Positions 47,413 through 56,028 of a DNA stretch of 56,028 nucleotides are shown in pieces. Both the position numbers and the translations under genes were made by a program. The number at the start of each line of letters is the position of its first letter. Within the stretch, counting starts at the first letter, position 1. The notes beneath the pieces were generated by a model that saw only the letters and a list, made by a program, of their open reading frames with translations, did no database searches and was not told the origin of the DNA. The DNA comes from Oligoflexales bacterium. Lineage in GTDB: Bacteria > Bdellovibrionota_B > Oligoflexia > Oligoflexales > CAIYRB01. Where the stretch lies: NCBI GenBank assembly GCA_041736175.1, contig JBGSUI010000019.1, forward strand, positions 1-56,028, read 5' to 3'.

Positions 47413-48099
47413 TCAGCTCATGTCGGAAGCGCTACTTGCACTGGAAGATCCACCACCCTTGATCTTCATTTTGCGGGTATACAAAAGGTCGATGAGTCTT
47501 GCAGCATTTCTATTGATATCATCAACAATAGCCGTTTGTTTCATCTGCAAGATCCCGAAAGCTAAGAGGCACATCAATGCGGTGCCAAGCCCAAAGGAAG
47601 TCGCCGTAAGTGCTTCCGCAATCCCTGCAGCTAGGGCCGTTTGCTTTGCAGATCCGGTCAGTTTAGCCGCTGCGCCAAAGGACTTCATCAGCCCAAACAA
47701 GGTTCCTAACAACCCAAGGAGGGTCGCCACGTTTGCGGTCGTCCCAATAAAGGGCAAGAGCCGAGTGATCTGTGGCATAGCTGTAAGTGTGGCAGTGTCG
47801 AGTGCATGTTCTATTTCTTCCGTTGAGTCATTTGCTCGCTTAAGCCCTTCTGACATCACATAGGGTAGCATCTTGGGTCGCGCCTTTTTGCATAAACGGA
47901 TTGCGTTTTCAATGGAGTTATTCATCACCATCTTTTGGACCGCTGCCATAAATCCAGAGCTATTTGCTAAATCATACTGGAGCCAGTATCGGTAGGACCT
48001 TTCGATGATGATCACGATTGATAGGAACAGCACAAAGGTGATCGACGCCATAATTTCTTGGCCACCTTCTTCGAATTTTCTGGCAATGAAATCAAGCAT
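47413..48099 (-). CDS. MotA/TolQ/ExbB proton channel subunit (AglR-like)
   Basis: IIIER, ANVATLLGLLGTLFGLM and GIAEALTATSFGL. AGGAG RBS before the ATG at 48099. Confidence 0.92.
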   Translation of the reverse strand: MLDFIARKFEEGGQEIMASITFVLFLSIVIIIERSYRYWLQYDLANSSGFMAAVQKMVMNNSIENAIRLCKKARPKMLPYVMSEGLKRANDSTEEIEHALDTATLTAMPQITRLLPFIGTTANVATLLGLLGTLFGLMKSFGAAAKLTGSAKQTALAAGIAEALTATSFGLGTALMCLLAFGILQMKQTAIVDDINRNAARLIDLLYTRKMKIKGGGSSSASSASDMS

Positions 48100-48473
48100 T
48101 TTTCTACATCTCCTAAGATTTTTTCGAGGATTGAGGCCCACTCGATACAGCGGTGCTTATGATGAGGGTTTTACTAAATTTTACGAACCCTAGGTCCCAC
48201 CTGTCAAGAAGCAACGATAGTTTCCCAGTAAAAACAGCTCCTATGAGGGGGTGCTAAAATCCCCAGAAAAAACCATTTTTCTAAGTTAACAAACTGTTGT
48301 CTGTGACTAAATTATCAATATTAAAATTAATACCGAATTTTAAATTCAGGATTGTTTTTCAAAACCTGGCTTCATCCCTTTATTTTTTTGGGTCCTATGC
48401 ATCGTTTGCAAATTACGTTAAGCTAGTATAACTGGGACTGTCGTCCCTAAGGAGGGCTTTTGTCTCTCTTGTC

Positions 48474-49505
48474 TTGGCTTATTGTAAGCTGGTGGAGCCG
48501 ACTATCAATACTGCAAAGCCTAAGATTCTATTTGTCGAAATCCCAGGTTACAAACCACTACCTGATTCCGCTGTGATCCGCGTCGCAGCCGATGGGGCTG
48601 TTATAGAAAGCGTCACCGATATCAATGCCGCCTTAGCTGCCTTGAAGTCACCTGACCCCCTGGTCGCAATGGTCACCAATGCTCCCCACATCGAGCTTTT
48701 TAAGGCGAGTCGGAGTCTCCAGCCCTATTGCTGCACCATACTCCTCACCGATCTGACCATGGAACAGTATAGCGCAAAGCTGGATGGTGAAGAGCATATC
48801 CTCGTGGACATCTTGCTGGCAAATCGCTGCCCGAGTGCCTGGACCACTAACGAACTGCGAATCACCCTTCAAAAGTTTCTGCGCAAAGACTATTTCGGCA
48901 TCGCCAAATATCTTGCTCCCGCGACGCCCATTGTCGAAGCCGTCGTCACAGGTTCGACCGACCGCGAGATACTCAATGCAAATGTTATGAATTTCGCTGA
49001 GCAGAATCGTTTGGGACAATATATGTCTAAGCTGGTCTTTGGGATTACCGAAGAGCTCTTGATGAATGCCATTTACGATGCACCTATCGCCGGAGGTGCC
49101 CACCACTACAACGAAATGCCGCGAACCACCTCCATCTGTCTAAGGCCCGAAGAATACTCCAAACTCAGTTATGGCTGCGATGGCACCGTTTTTGGAGTCT
49201 CCGTTACCGATCCCTTTGGGGCACTGACCAAGGACACCCTCTATCGATATCTCAAAAAAGTACTTAGAAGGCAGGACTCGGCCAATCTCATAGATACCAA
49301 ACGTGGAGGAGCCGGACTGGGTCTGTTTAAGATTCTTTATAGTTCCCATTCGCTGATCTGTAATGTAATCCCCCATCAATCGACCGAAGTCATGGCGCTT
49401 ATCGATATTCACCACCAAGTGCGGGACTTTTCCAGGATGACTCGCTCCGTGGCATTTTTTGCAGACAATATGAATGCTTACGCATTAAAAGCGGACGCTT
49501 CGTAA
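48474..49505 (+). CDS. Receiver-like domain fused to an HATPase_c (RsbW/anti-sigma-kinase-like) domain
   Basis: N box EELLMNAIYDA, G1 box VTDPFG and G2 box GGAGLGL. N-terminal alpha/beta region. Start uncertain. Confidence 0.65.
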   Translation: MAYCKLVEPTINTAKPKILFVEIPGYKPLPDSAVIRVAADGAVIESVTDINAALAALKSPDPLVAMVTNAPHIELFKASRSLQPYCCTILLTDLTMEQYSAKLDGEEHILVDILLANRCPSAWTTNELRITLQKFLRKDYFGIAKYLAPATPIVEAVVTGSTDREILNANVMNFAEQNRLGQYMSKLVFGITEELLMNAIYDAPIAGGAHHYNEMPRTTSICLRPEEYSKLSYGCDGTVFGVSVTDPFGALTKDTLYRYLKKVLRRQDSANLIDTKRGGAGLGLFKILYSSHSLICNVIPHQSTEVMALIDIHHQVRDFSRMTRSVAFFADNMNAYALKADAS

Positions 49506-49507
49506 GC

Positions 49508-49530
49508 AGCCGTTCGAAAATGGCTTTTTC
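49508..49530 (+). terminator. Candidate intrinsic terminator
   Basis: AGCCGTT-CGAA-AATGGCT hairpin followed by TTTTC, just after the stop at 49505. Confidence 0.4.
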
Positions 49531-49609
49531 CTCTCCAACTATGCTATAGGTTGGAGGTTGGACATGGCTTTGCTATTGTCTCAAGGGATGTTTGCACAAG
49601 GAGAAATCA

Positions 49610-50845
49610 GTGGCACCTAAAAAAATTAAAGTATTAAGACCGGTGGTAGAACTTGATGGCGATGAGATGACTCGGATTATCTGGAGTCAAATAAAAGACA
49701 AATTAATCCTCCCTTATCTGGATATCGATCTCAAATATTTTGATCTTGGCATCGAAGCGCGAGACCGTACCAGCGACCAGATCACCATCGACGCTGCCCA
49801 AGCCATCAAACAGTACGATGTGGGTATCAAATGCGCTACCATCACCCCTGACGAAGCTAGAGTTAAGGAGTTTGGGCTTAAAAAGATGTGGAAGAGCCCT
49901 AATGGAACTCTGCGCAATATCCTAGGCGGCACCGTTTTTCGCGCGCCCATTATCTGCCAAAACATCCCCCGGATCGTCAAAAGTTGGACTAAACCAATTA
50001 TCGTTGGTCGACATGCCCATGGCGATCAATACAAGGCCACCGACATTAAGATCCCTGGTCCTGGTAAGGTCAAGATGGTTTACGAGGGTGCCGGCGGCAA
50101 AAAAGAAGAATGGGAGGTCTTCGACTTCAAAGGCCCTGGAATAGCCATGGGCATGTACAACACCGACGAGTCCATCTATGATTTTGCCCGAAGCTGCTTA
50201 AACTACGGTCTCACCGTCGGCTATCCAGTGTATCTGTCCACCAAAAACACGATTTTGAAAACCTACGATGGTCGCTTCAAAGATATTTTTGAGGAAGTCT
50301 ATGACAAGGAATTCGCCGACCGTTATAAGACTGCCGGCCTGACCTACGAACACCGACTGATCGACGACATGGTGGCCCAAGTCCTCAAGTGGGAAGGTGG
50401 CATCGTTTGGGCATGCAAAAACTACGATGGAGATGTCCAGTCGGACACCGTGGCCCAGGGTTTTGGCAGTCTAGGACTGATGACTTCGGTTCTGGTTTGT
50501 CCCAATGGTCGGACGATTGAGACCGAGGCCGCCCATGGGACCGTGACGCGCCACTACCGCGAATACCAGAAGGGCAAAAAAACCAGTACAAATCCCATTG
50601 CCTCGATTTTTGCGTGGACCCAGGGCCTCGCCCACCGCGGCAAGCTCGACGAAACCCCTGCTCTGATCAAGTTTGCCCAGTCTCTCGAAAAAGTCTGCGT
50701 ATCGACGGTAGAGTCTGGAAAAATGACTAAAGATCTTGCCGTGACGATCCATGGAAACAATGTTCCGGCTGGGTCTTACCTCCACACCGAAGAGTTCCTT
50801 GACGCGATCGCTGCAAATCTCAATCAGGTCATCGCAAAAGGCTAA
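49610..50845 (+). CDS. icd: NADP-dependent isocitrate dehydrogenase (eukaryote-like homodimeric type)
   Basis: [45 protein letters not shown] and [18 protein letters not shown] before the GTG at 49610. Confidence 0.97.
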   Translation: MAPKKIKVLRPVVELDGDEMTRIIWSQIKDKLILPYLDIDLKYFDLGIEARDRTSDQITIDAAQAIKQYDVGIKCATITPDEARVKEFGLKKMWKSPNGTLRNILGGTVFRAPIICQNIPRIVKSWTKPIIVGRHAHGDQYKATDIKIPGPGKVKMVYEGAGGKKEEWEVFDFKGPGIAMGMYNTDESIYDFARSCLNYGLTVGYPVYLSTKNTILKTYDGRFKDIFEEVYDKEFADRYKTAGLTYEHRLIDDMVAQVLKWEGGIVWACKNYDGDVQSDTVAQGFGSLGLMTSVLVCPNGRTIETEAAHGTVTRHYREYQKGKKTSTNPIASIFAWTQGLAHRGKLDETPALIKFAQSLEKVCVSTVESGKMTKDLAVTIHGNNVPAGSYLHTEEFLDAIAANLNQVIAKG

Positions 50846-50871
50846 CTCTGGTGTCTGGCTTAAATAAGATG

Positions 50872-50922
50872 AGGGACGAGCGAGGCAACTCCTCGATCTC
50901 CCTTATTCTATTTTTTTGTTTT
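50872..50922 (+). terminator. Candidate intrinsic terminator after icd
   Basis: AGGGA..CGAGG-CAACT-CCTCG..TCCCT interrupted stem followed by a T-rich tract. Confidence 0.4.
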
Positions 50923-51007
50923 AGGGATTTTCTATAAACTATATTGCAAATTCTTAAACAAAATGTACAATCCTCCCGCTTTCGATGCCTGATGATGCCT
51001 TTGAATT

Positions 51008-51052
51008 TTTTGTCACTTTTGTCACCTTCGACACCTTTGTCACCTTTGTGAT
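51008..51052 (+). repeat. Five 9-bp tandem units (consensus YTTTGTCAC) upstream of the ABC operon
   Basis: TTTTGTCAC TTTTGTCAC CTTCGACAC CTTTGTCAC CTTTGTGAT. Confidence 0.8.
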
Positions 51053-51071
51053 TTGCTATGGGGGATCCGCG

Positions 51072-52433
51072 ATGGGAACACCGATCGTCAAAACCAAGTT
51101 CCTGGCTTTTTCGAGCTTGTTGGCTGGCATCCTTGGCTTTGCCACGACGCAGTCCCTTGCAAATGACAGGTTAGTCATCCTTTCGCCCCACCGAAAATCC
51201 ATTCAAAACGAATTCTTACCTGCATTCAAGGAACACTATAAAAAGACCTATAACCAAGAGGTCGATGTGGACTGGTTGGACCAGGGGGGCACCTCTGATG
51301 ATATTCGTTTTCTGAGGGCAAAGTTCGATTCCAAAACCAAAACAGCGGGGATCGATATCTTTTGGGGTGGCGGGGCATCGGCCTTTACGGAGCTGAGCCG
51401 CGACAAACTCCTCGCGCCGGTCCAACTGCCCGCCGACCTAAGTCGCCAACTCCCCAACTCTATTGCAGGGGTGGCCCTAAGAGACTCCCCGTCTTCGTCC
51501 ACCCCATCCACCCCATCCACCTGGTATGGCTCGGCCCTCTCTAGCTTCGGCATCTTCTACAACAAAAAAGTCGGGCTCCTGGAGAAACTCCCTCCTCCCG
51601 TCGAGTGGAGCGACCTCAGTAAGCCCGTCTATAAAGACCAACTCGTCCTAGCGGACCCCCGACGTTCTGGCAGCGCTGGGACCCTGAACGCTATTATTCT
51701 CCAAAAGGCAGGTTGGACCAAGGGTTGGGAACAGCTGACCCTGATCGCTGCCAACACCAAGACATTTACCCACTCCAGCTCTGATCCCATTAAAGCGGTC
51801 GTCTCAGGGGAGGCAGCTCTCTCCTTAGCCATTGATTTTTATGCCACCCCTAAAGTTGCCGAACTAGGGGACCAAAACCTCAGCTTTACCTTGCCCCCTG
51901 AGATGTTTGTCCTCGACCCAGATCCTGTGGGGATGATCGAGGGAGCACCTAACCGAAAAGTGGCCGAGAGGTTTATCCAGTGGGTCCTCTCTGTGCCAGC
52001 CCAAAAACTCCTCATCCTTCCTAAAGGCCAGCCTGACGGCCCTAAACTGGAATCCCTTGGCCGTATGGCTGTAACTCCGCTAGCCTATCAGGAAACCGAA
52101 GGCCGCAGGATTCAGAGTTTCGATCCCTTTAAGGCCCAATCTGTTTTTAAATTCGATACCGAAAAGGCCGCAAAAACTCAGCGGGTCTTTAACGACCTGC
52201 TGGGCGCCGTGTTGATCGACACCCACCCCCAACTCAAAGCCGCCTGGGCTTCAGTCATCAAGCGAGGCGCAAAACCGGAAGACCTTGCGAACTTAGCAGC
52301 GATGCCCCTTTCGGAGGCAGACCTTATGTCACTTGCCTCTCAGTGGGATAACGGCATCTTCCGCAACGAGACCATCAATAAGTGGGTGGGTTTTGCTAAA
52401 GAGAAGTACACAAAACTAGCTAAGAATCCTTGA
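51072..52433 (+). CDS. ABC transporter substrate-binding protein (Fe3+/thiamine/polyamine-type family)
   Basis: Signal peptide, DIFWGGG, GIFYN, LADPRRSGS and AERFIQWVLS..AQ. GGGGG RBS before the ATG at 51072. Confidence 0.88.
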   Translation: MGTPIVKTKFLAFSSLLAGILGFATTQSLANDRLVILSPHRKSIQNEFLPAFKEHYKKTYNQEVDVDWLDQGGTSDDIRFLRAKFDSKTKTAGIDIFWGGGASAFTELSRDKLLAPVQLPADLSRQLPNSIAGVALRDSPSSSTPSTPSTWYGSALSSFGIFYNKKVGLLEKLPPPVEWSDLSKPVYKDQLVLADPRRSGSAGTLNAIILQKAGWTKGWEQLTLIAANTKTFTHSSSDPIKAVVSGEAALSLAIDFYATPKVAELGDQNLSFTLPPEMFVLDPDPVGMIEGAPNRKVAERFIQWVLSVPAQKLLILPKGQPDGPKLESLGRMAVTPLAYQETEGRRIQSFDPFKAQSVFKFDTEKAAKTQRVFNDLLGAVLIDTHPQLKAAWASVIKRGAKPEDLANLAAMPLSEADLMSLASQWDNGIFRNETINKWVGFAKEKYTKLAKNP

Positions 52434-52492
52434 ATCTTCTCGAATCGACTCGACCTATAAGAGGGCCAAGAACCCTAGCCGGAGTTAACTTA

Positions 52493-53617
52493 ATGAGAGT
52501 CGTTCTCGACGACATGAGCAAAAAATACGGAACTGTGACTGCCGTCCACCGGTTAAGCCTGGATATCGAGGACGGGGCGCTCCACTTCCTGCTGGGACCG
52601 TCGGGCTGCGGCAAGACGACAACCCTGAGGATTTTAGCAGGCTTAGAGACCCCTAGTGAGGGTCGTATCCTCTTTGGAGACCATGACGTGACAAACGTCC
52701 CGGCGGCCCAAAGGGGGATCGGAATGGTCTTTCAGAACTACGCCCTTTGGCCCCATATGACCGTTCGCGAAAATATCGAATACGGGCTGAAGCTAAGAAA
52801 ACTTGGTAAGAAAGAGCAAGAAAAGCTGCTCCAAGAATCCCTCGAACTCACCCAGCTTAATTCCTATGTAGACCGCTATCCAGGCCAGCTCTCCGGTGGC
52901 CAACAACAACGGGTTGCCCTAGCCCGTGCCCTAGCCATCAAACCTTCGGTTCTGCTCCTGGACGAGCCCCTGTCAAACCTTGATGCAAAGCTTAGACTTG
53001 AGATGCGCGACAACATTACCCGCATCCACCAAATGACACGGATCACGACCATATACGTAACCCACGACCAAAAAGAAGCCCTATCCATGGGGACCCAGGT
53101 CTCGGTGATGCGGGCAGGACATCTGATCCAAACCGATTCTCCACGCAAACTCTACCATCATCCCTTGACACCCTTTATTGCTAACTTTATTGGTGAAACC
53201 AACCTCTACCATGGAACCGTCGCATCCATCGATCCCAAACAAGCAATCATCAAGACGCCCTTTGGCCCCATCCTGGCGAGGGGCCACCGCTGTGCGGGGA
53301 TTAAAGTCGGTGATTCCGTAAGTTTATCCATAAGACCCGAAGCCATCCAGGTGCAGTTTGCGGATTTTGGACAGGACGCTTCCGCTGTACAGGTGCAAAC
53401 CCAAGAAAACCGCTTTAAAACCACACTTAGTCTTTTGACCTACCACGGCGAAAGCGAACAGCTTGAGCTAGATGGTCCTGGCAACACCAAGGTGCGAGTC
53501 AACGTCTTTAATCCGCCAGAGTTAGACCTTCGTGTGGGGGAACCGGTGAGCTGTTTTTTCCCACCAGACAGGGTTGTAGTTCTTAAGCACGAGGAAAACC
53601 TAAGCTCGGGGACTTAA
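52493..53617 (+). CDS. ABC transporter ATP-binding protein (FbpC/PotA-like, TOBE domain)
   Basis: GPSGCGKT, VFQNYALWPH, LSGGQQQR, LLLDEPLSNLD and YVTHDQ. Confidence 0.95.
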   Translation: MRVVLDDMSKKYGTVTAVHRLSLDIEDGALHFLLGPSGCGKTTTLRILAGLETPSEGRILFGDHDVTNVPAAQRGIGMVFQNYALWPHMTVRENIEYGLKLRKLGKKEQEKLLQESLELTQLNSYVDRYPGQLSGGQQQRVALARALAIKPSVLLLDEPLSNLDAKLRLEMRDNITRIHQMTRITTIYVTHDQKEALSMGTQVSVMRAGHLIQTDSPRKLYHHPLTPFIANFIGETNLYHGTVASIDPKQAIIKTPFGPILARGHRCAGIKVGDSVSLSIRPEAIQVQFADFGQDASAVQVQTQENRFKTTLSLLTYHGESEQLELDGPGNTKVRVNVFNPPELDLRVGEPVSCFFPPDRVVVLKHEENLSSGT

Positions 53618-53683
53618 ATCAAAAAGACAGGACACACTTAAAGAACTTTAGCCGACAACCTCCAAACCATGGTTTAACGATTT

Positions 53684-55405
53684 ATGAAGCCCTACTCCGG
53701 TGCCTTACCAGCTAGCCGACACCGCCTGGCCCAGATCCTGGGCTTCTTGGTTTTGGGGTTAACCCTTGGCTTTTTGTTTTTCTTTTTGGTGCTCCCAGTA
53801 TCCGTGATCGTCGTCAAGGCGTTTATGGGACCCCAAGGTTTTACCCTGGATTACTTTAGACTGCTTTTTGCCAACGAACTCCAGACGACCGCGATTCAAA
53901 ATAGTCTTTTGATCGGACTCGCAACCACGATCCTATGCACGGTTCTCTGCGTACCCCTTGCGCTTATCCAAACAAAATATAATTATCCCATGAAGACCTT
54001 ACTATCTGGTATTCTCTTGACCCCTATGGTGATGCCTCCCTTTGTCGGTGCCATCGGCATCCAACGTTTTTTTGCACGGCGCGGATCGGTCAATCTTTTT
54101 CTTTTAGAGTGGGGAGTGATCGACGCGCCCATCGAGTGGCTTAATCCTGAGTCGATGTTTTGGGCCGTAGTGGTCTTGGAAACCCTACACCTCTATCCTA
54201 TTTTGTATCTAAACCTCACCGCCGCAATCGCCAATATCGACCCAAGCCTCGAAGAGATGGCTGCAACCCTGGGAACAACCCGGTGGCAGCGATTTAAAGA
54301 TGTGATCTGGCCATTAGCCCGCCCTGGGTATTTTGCCGGTGCGATCATTGTTTTTATTTGGGCTCTGACGGATTTAGGGACACCCCTCTTGACGGGATAT
54401 CATGAGACCCTGCCGGTTCGAATCTTCAATATGGTGACCGATGTCAACGACAATCCCGTAGGATACGCCTTGGTGTTCCTCGTGATCCTACTGACGGTTA
54501 GCATTTTTATTGCAAGCAAGCACTTTTTAGCGGGCAAAAAATTCGACATGCTTGGCCGTGGCCATGTTGGCGAGACCACTAAAAATCTGGGTTGGATCTC
54601 TGGACTGCCCTGTATGGTGCTGATCCTTACGGTGAGCTTTGTGGCTTTGCTGCCCCATCTTTCGGTGATCATCACCGCCTTAAGCGACAAATGGTTTATG
54701 ACGGTCTTGCCCGAAGAATACACCCTAGACCATTTTCGCCAAATTTTTAAAACCGACCTACCCATGATTGGGATCCAAAACAGTCTGATGCTTGCGTCCC
54801 TCTCCACGATTTTTGATCTTATCTTGGGGCTGCTGATCGCCTATGTGGTGGTGCGCAAGCTGATCCCAGGGGCGCAGATCTTGGATAGCCTTGTCATGCT
54901 TCCGCTGGCACTACCTGGGATTGTCCTGGCCTTTGGATATGTGGTGACCTACACCAACACGCCTCTCGATCCTATGAACAATCCGATTCCGTTGCTGATC
55001 ATCGCCTATGGAATTCGGCGGCTACCCTATATGGTACGCTCAGCCTCTGCTGGACTCCAGCAGACGAGTCCCTCCCTCGAAGAGGCTTCGGCCACCTTTG
55101 GAGCAACCCGGTTGCATACCCTCCGCAAAATCACCATCCCATTAGTCATGGCCAATCTGATCGCCGGCAGCCTCCTATGCTTTGCCTACGCCATGCTCGA
55201 TGTCTCCGACAGTTTGATCTTGGCTATGAAAGATCAGTTTTATCCTCTGACAAAAGCCATCTATGCGCTCTTTTTAGAGCATGGCAAAGGCGAGCTGGTA
55301 GCCTCGGCCCTCGGTGTGGTCAGCATGGGGATCCTGGGCGGCTGTATCATGCTGGCATCGGTCCTTTTGGGTAAAAAAATGGGCGAGCTGTTTCGTTCGG
55401 GTTAG
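53684..55405 (+). CDS. ABC transporter permease with two BPD domains (FbpB/ThiP-like)
   Basis: About 12 TM helices and two EAA loops (LEEMAATLG, LEEASATFGA). Confidence 0.93.
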   Translation: MKPYSGALPASRHRLAQILGFLVLGLTLGFLFFFLVLPVSVIVVKAFMGPQGFTLDYFRLLFANELQTTAIQNSLLIGLATTILCTVLCVPLALIQTKYNYPMKTLLSGILLTPMVMPPFVGAIGIQRFFARRGSVNLFLLEWGVIDAPIEWLNPESMFWAVVVLETLHLYPILYLNLTAAIANIDPSLEEMAATLGTTRWQRFKDVIWPLARPGYFAGAIIVFIWALTDLGTPLLTGYHETLPVRIFNMVTDVNDNPVGYALVFLVILLTVSIFIASKHFLAGKKFDMLGRGHVGETTKNLGWISGLPCMVLILTVSFVALLPHLSVIITALSDKWFMTVLPEEYTLDHFRQIFKTDLPMIGIQNSLMLASLSTIFDLILGLLIAYVVVRKLIPGAQILDSLVMLPLALPGIVLAFGYVVTYTNTPLDPMNNPIPLLIIAYGIRRLPYMVRSASAGLQQTSPSLEEASATFGATRLHTLRKITIPLVMANLIAGSLLCFAYAMLDVSDSLILAMKDQFYPLTKAIYALFLEHGKGELVASALGVVSMGILGGCIMLASVLLGKKMGELFRSG

Positions 55406-55500
55406 ACCACTTATTAGAGATGGCATCTTTCTTGCTGGGGGTTTTACCATGTTTATGGATTTCCATAAACTGTAAACAACTTTTAGTAAGGGCCTTAGTT

Positions 55501-55893
55501 ATGAAAGTAGCTGCTAAATTTAGTAAGTTTGTTCCGACGGTTAGCATGGGAGCCCTTATGCTCGGGCTGCTGATTGGCTGTGGAGGCTCTAAGTCATCCG
55601 AATCTGGATCTGATGTATCCGAAGCACAGTCCTCGCAGCCAAAAGGCAGTGAACCTACCCTTTCCGTCTGCAAAGATCCTAAATGGGCTGCTAATTATAG
55701 TGACGGAAGGTTCTGCTCCTTTAAAAAATCTCAAGAAACTTATTTTAACGCTAAAGCAACCGATAGGAGCACTGAAAATGGCCAGTCGTTTGCCCAACAA
55801 GGCCGGACCCCGGGCGAGGCCATTCGAGAGGCCCTTGCACTTTGTAATGCACGAACCAGCGCCACTGGTTATGGCGGGACCTGTACCATGTGA
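55501..55893 (+). CDS. Hypothetical lipoprotein whose 3' end abuts or is truncated by an IS200/IS605 element
   Basis: LLIGC lipobox. The stop TGA (55891-55893) lies inside the IS terminal GTGAAC. Start uncertain. Confidence 0.65.
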   Translation: MKVAAKFSKFVPTVSMGALMLGLLIGCGGSKSSESGSDVSEAQSSQPKGSEPTLSVCKDPKWAANYSDGRFCSFKKSQETYFNAKATDRSTENGQSFAQQGRTPGEAIREALALCNARTSATGYGGTCTM

Positions 55894-56028
55894 ACTACCA
55901 GCACCCCTAAAGGGGTGCGGCTTCCAAGGTCAAGCAGCTTTCGCTGCTTTCCTTTTCTTTTTTGACGCTTCTACCACAGATGCGCAGGTCGCTATCGCTT
56001 CCTGCGGCTTATGTTTGGCTCCACGTCC
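55890..56028 (-). mobile_element. Right end of an IS200/IS605-family element, continuing beyond the window
   Basis: Minus strand ends GGAAGCC-GCACCCC-TTTA-GGGGTGC-TGGTAGTTCAC, that is a subterminal hairpin plus terminal TCAC, typical of tnpB-bearing element right ends. Confidence 0.85.
55930..56028 (-). CDS. tnpB: C-terminal tail of a TnpB-like RNA-guided nuclease (partial)
   Basis: Open frame from the edge: GRGAKHKPQEAIATCASVVEASKKKRKAAKAA*. A basic tail overlapping the right-end RNA scaffold, as in tnpB genes. The RuvC domain is not visible in the window. Confidence 0.65.
   Translation of the reverse strand, partial: GRGAKHKPQEAIATCASVVEASKKKRKAAKAA

Larger units (their letters stand above)
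55870..56028 (-). ncRNA. Putative TnpB omegaRNA (reRNA): scaffold plus flank-derived guide
   Basis: GACGTGGAG...GAAGCGTC pairing, CGCAGG/CCTGCG stem, AAGCAGC-GAAA-GCTGCTT hairpin and the terminal hairpin ending TCAC. Guide would be about ATGGTACAGGTCCCGCCATA. Confidence 0.65.

Noticed and set aside
49533..49556. CTCCAAC...GTTGGAG inverted repeat upstream of icd
   Set aside because: A single short bulged repeat that cannot be distinguished from chance without comparative data.
50985..51071. N-terminal extension of the substrate-binding protein in the ORF track
   Set aside because: It is the translation of the 9-bp tandem repeat. The RBS and signal peptide support the ATG at 51072.
51497..51521. 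TCCACCCCA short tandem repeat in the substrate-binding gene
   Set aside because: A small in-frame loop expansion (STPSTPST) with no further significance evident.
55901..55963. Hairpins followed by a T-tract, read as a simple terminator for the lipoprotein gene
   Set aside because: They are better explained as the IS200/IS605 right end and omegaRNA on the opposite strand, although incidental termination is possible.
1..56028. CRISPR arrays, tRNA, rRNA, integrase or prophage genes
   Set aside because: I saw no regularly spaced repeat-spacer pattern, cloverleaf or phage hallmark gene by eye. A covariance-model scan would be needed to exclude small RNAs.

Overview
A 56 kb bacterial chromosomal segment. 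The gene content (Agl-Glt motor operon, many lipoproteins, an HNH family typical of Myxococcota/Bdellovibrionota) points to Bdellovibrionota/Oligoflexia or a relative, which is an inference. Both edges fall inside likely mobile or multicopy elements. On the left is the 3' part of an HNH endonuclease gene carrying CGCCCCGGGGCG-type palindromes. On the right, and absent from the ORF track, is the end of an IS200/IS605 element on the minus strand: a TnpB-like C-terminal tail, an omegaRNA scaffold and a TCAC end that supplies the stop codon of a lipoprotein gene. Between the edges lie: an uncharacterised five-gene envelope operon with four haem c motifs and a Tat-exported DUF1501-like protein (713-7312); two convergent ATPase-wHTH-PD-(D/E)xK genes, each with duplicated palindromes upstream; a Tat intradiol dioxygenase; an M3 peptidase; GH13/GT4/GH57 alpha-glucan genes; ilvE; a 1963-aa surface lipoprotein; hflKC; surE with M23, HAD and ybaN genes; a compact aglRQS-barrel-gltCDEG operon; icd; and an Fe3+/thiamine-type ABC transporter. 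I saw no rRNA, tRNA or CRISPR array. All family assignments come from motif recognition by eye, not from database searches.
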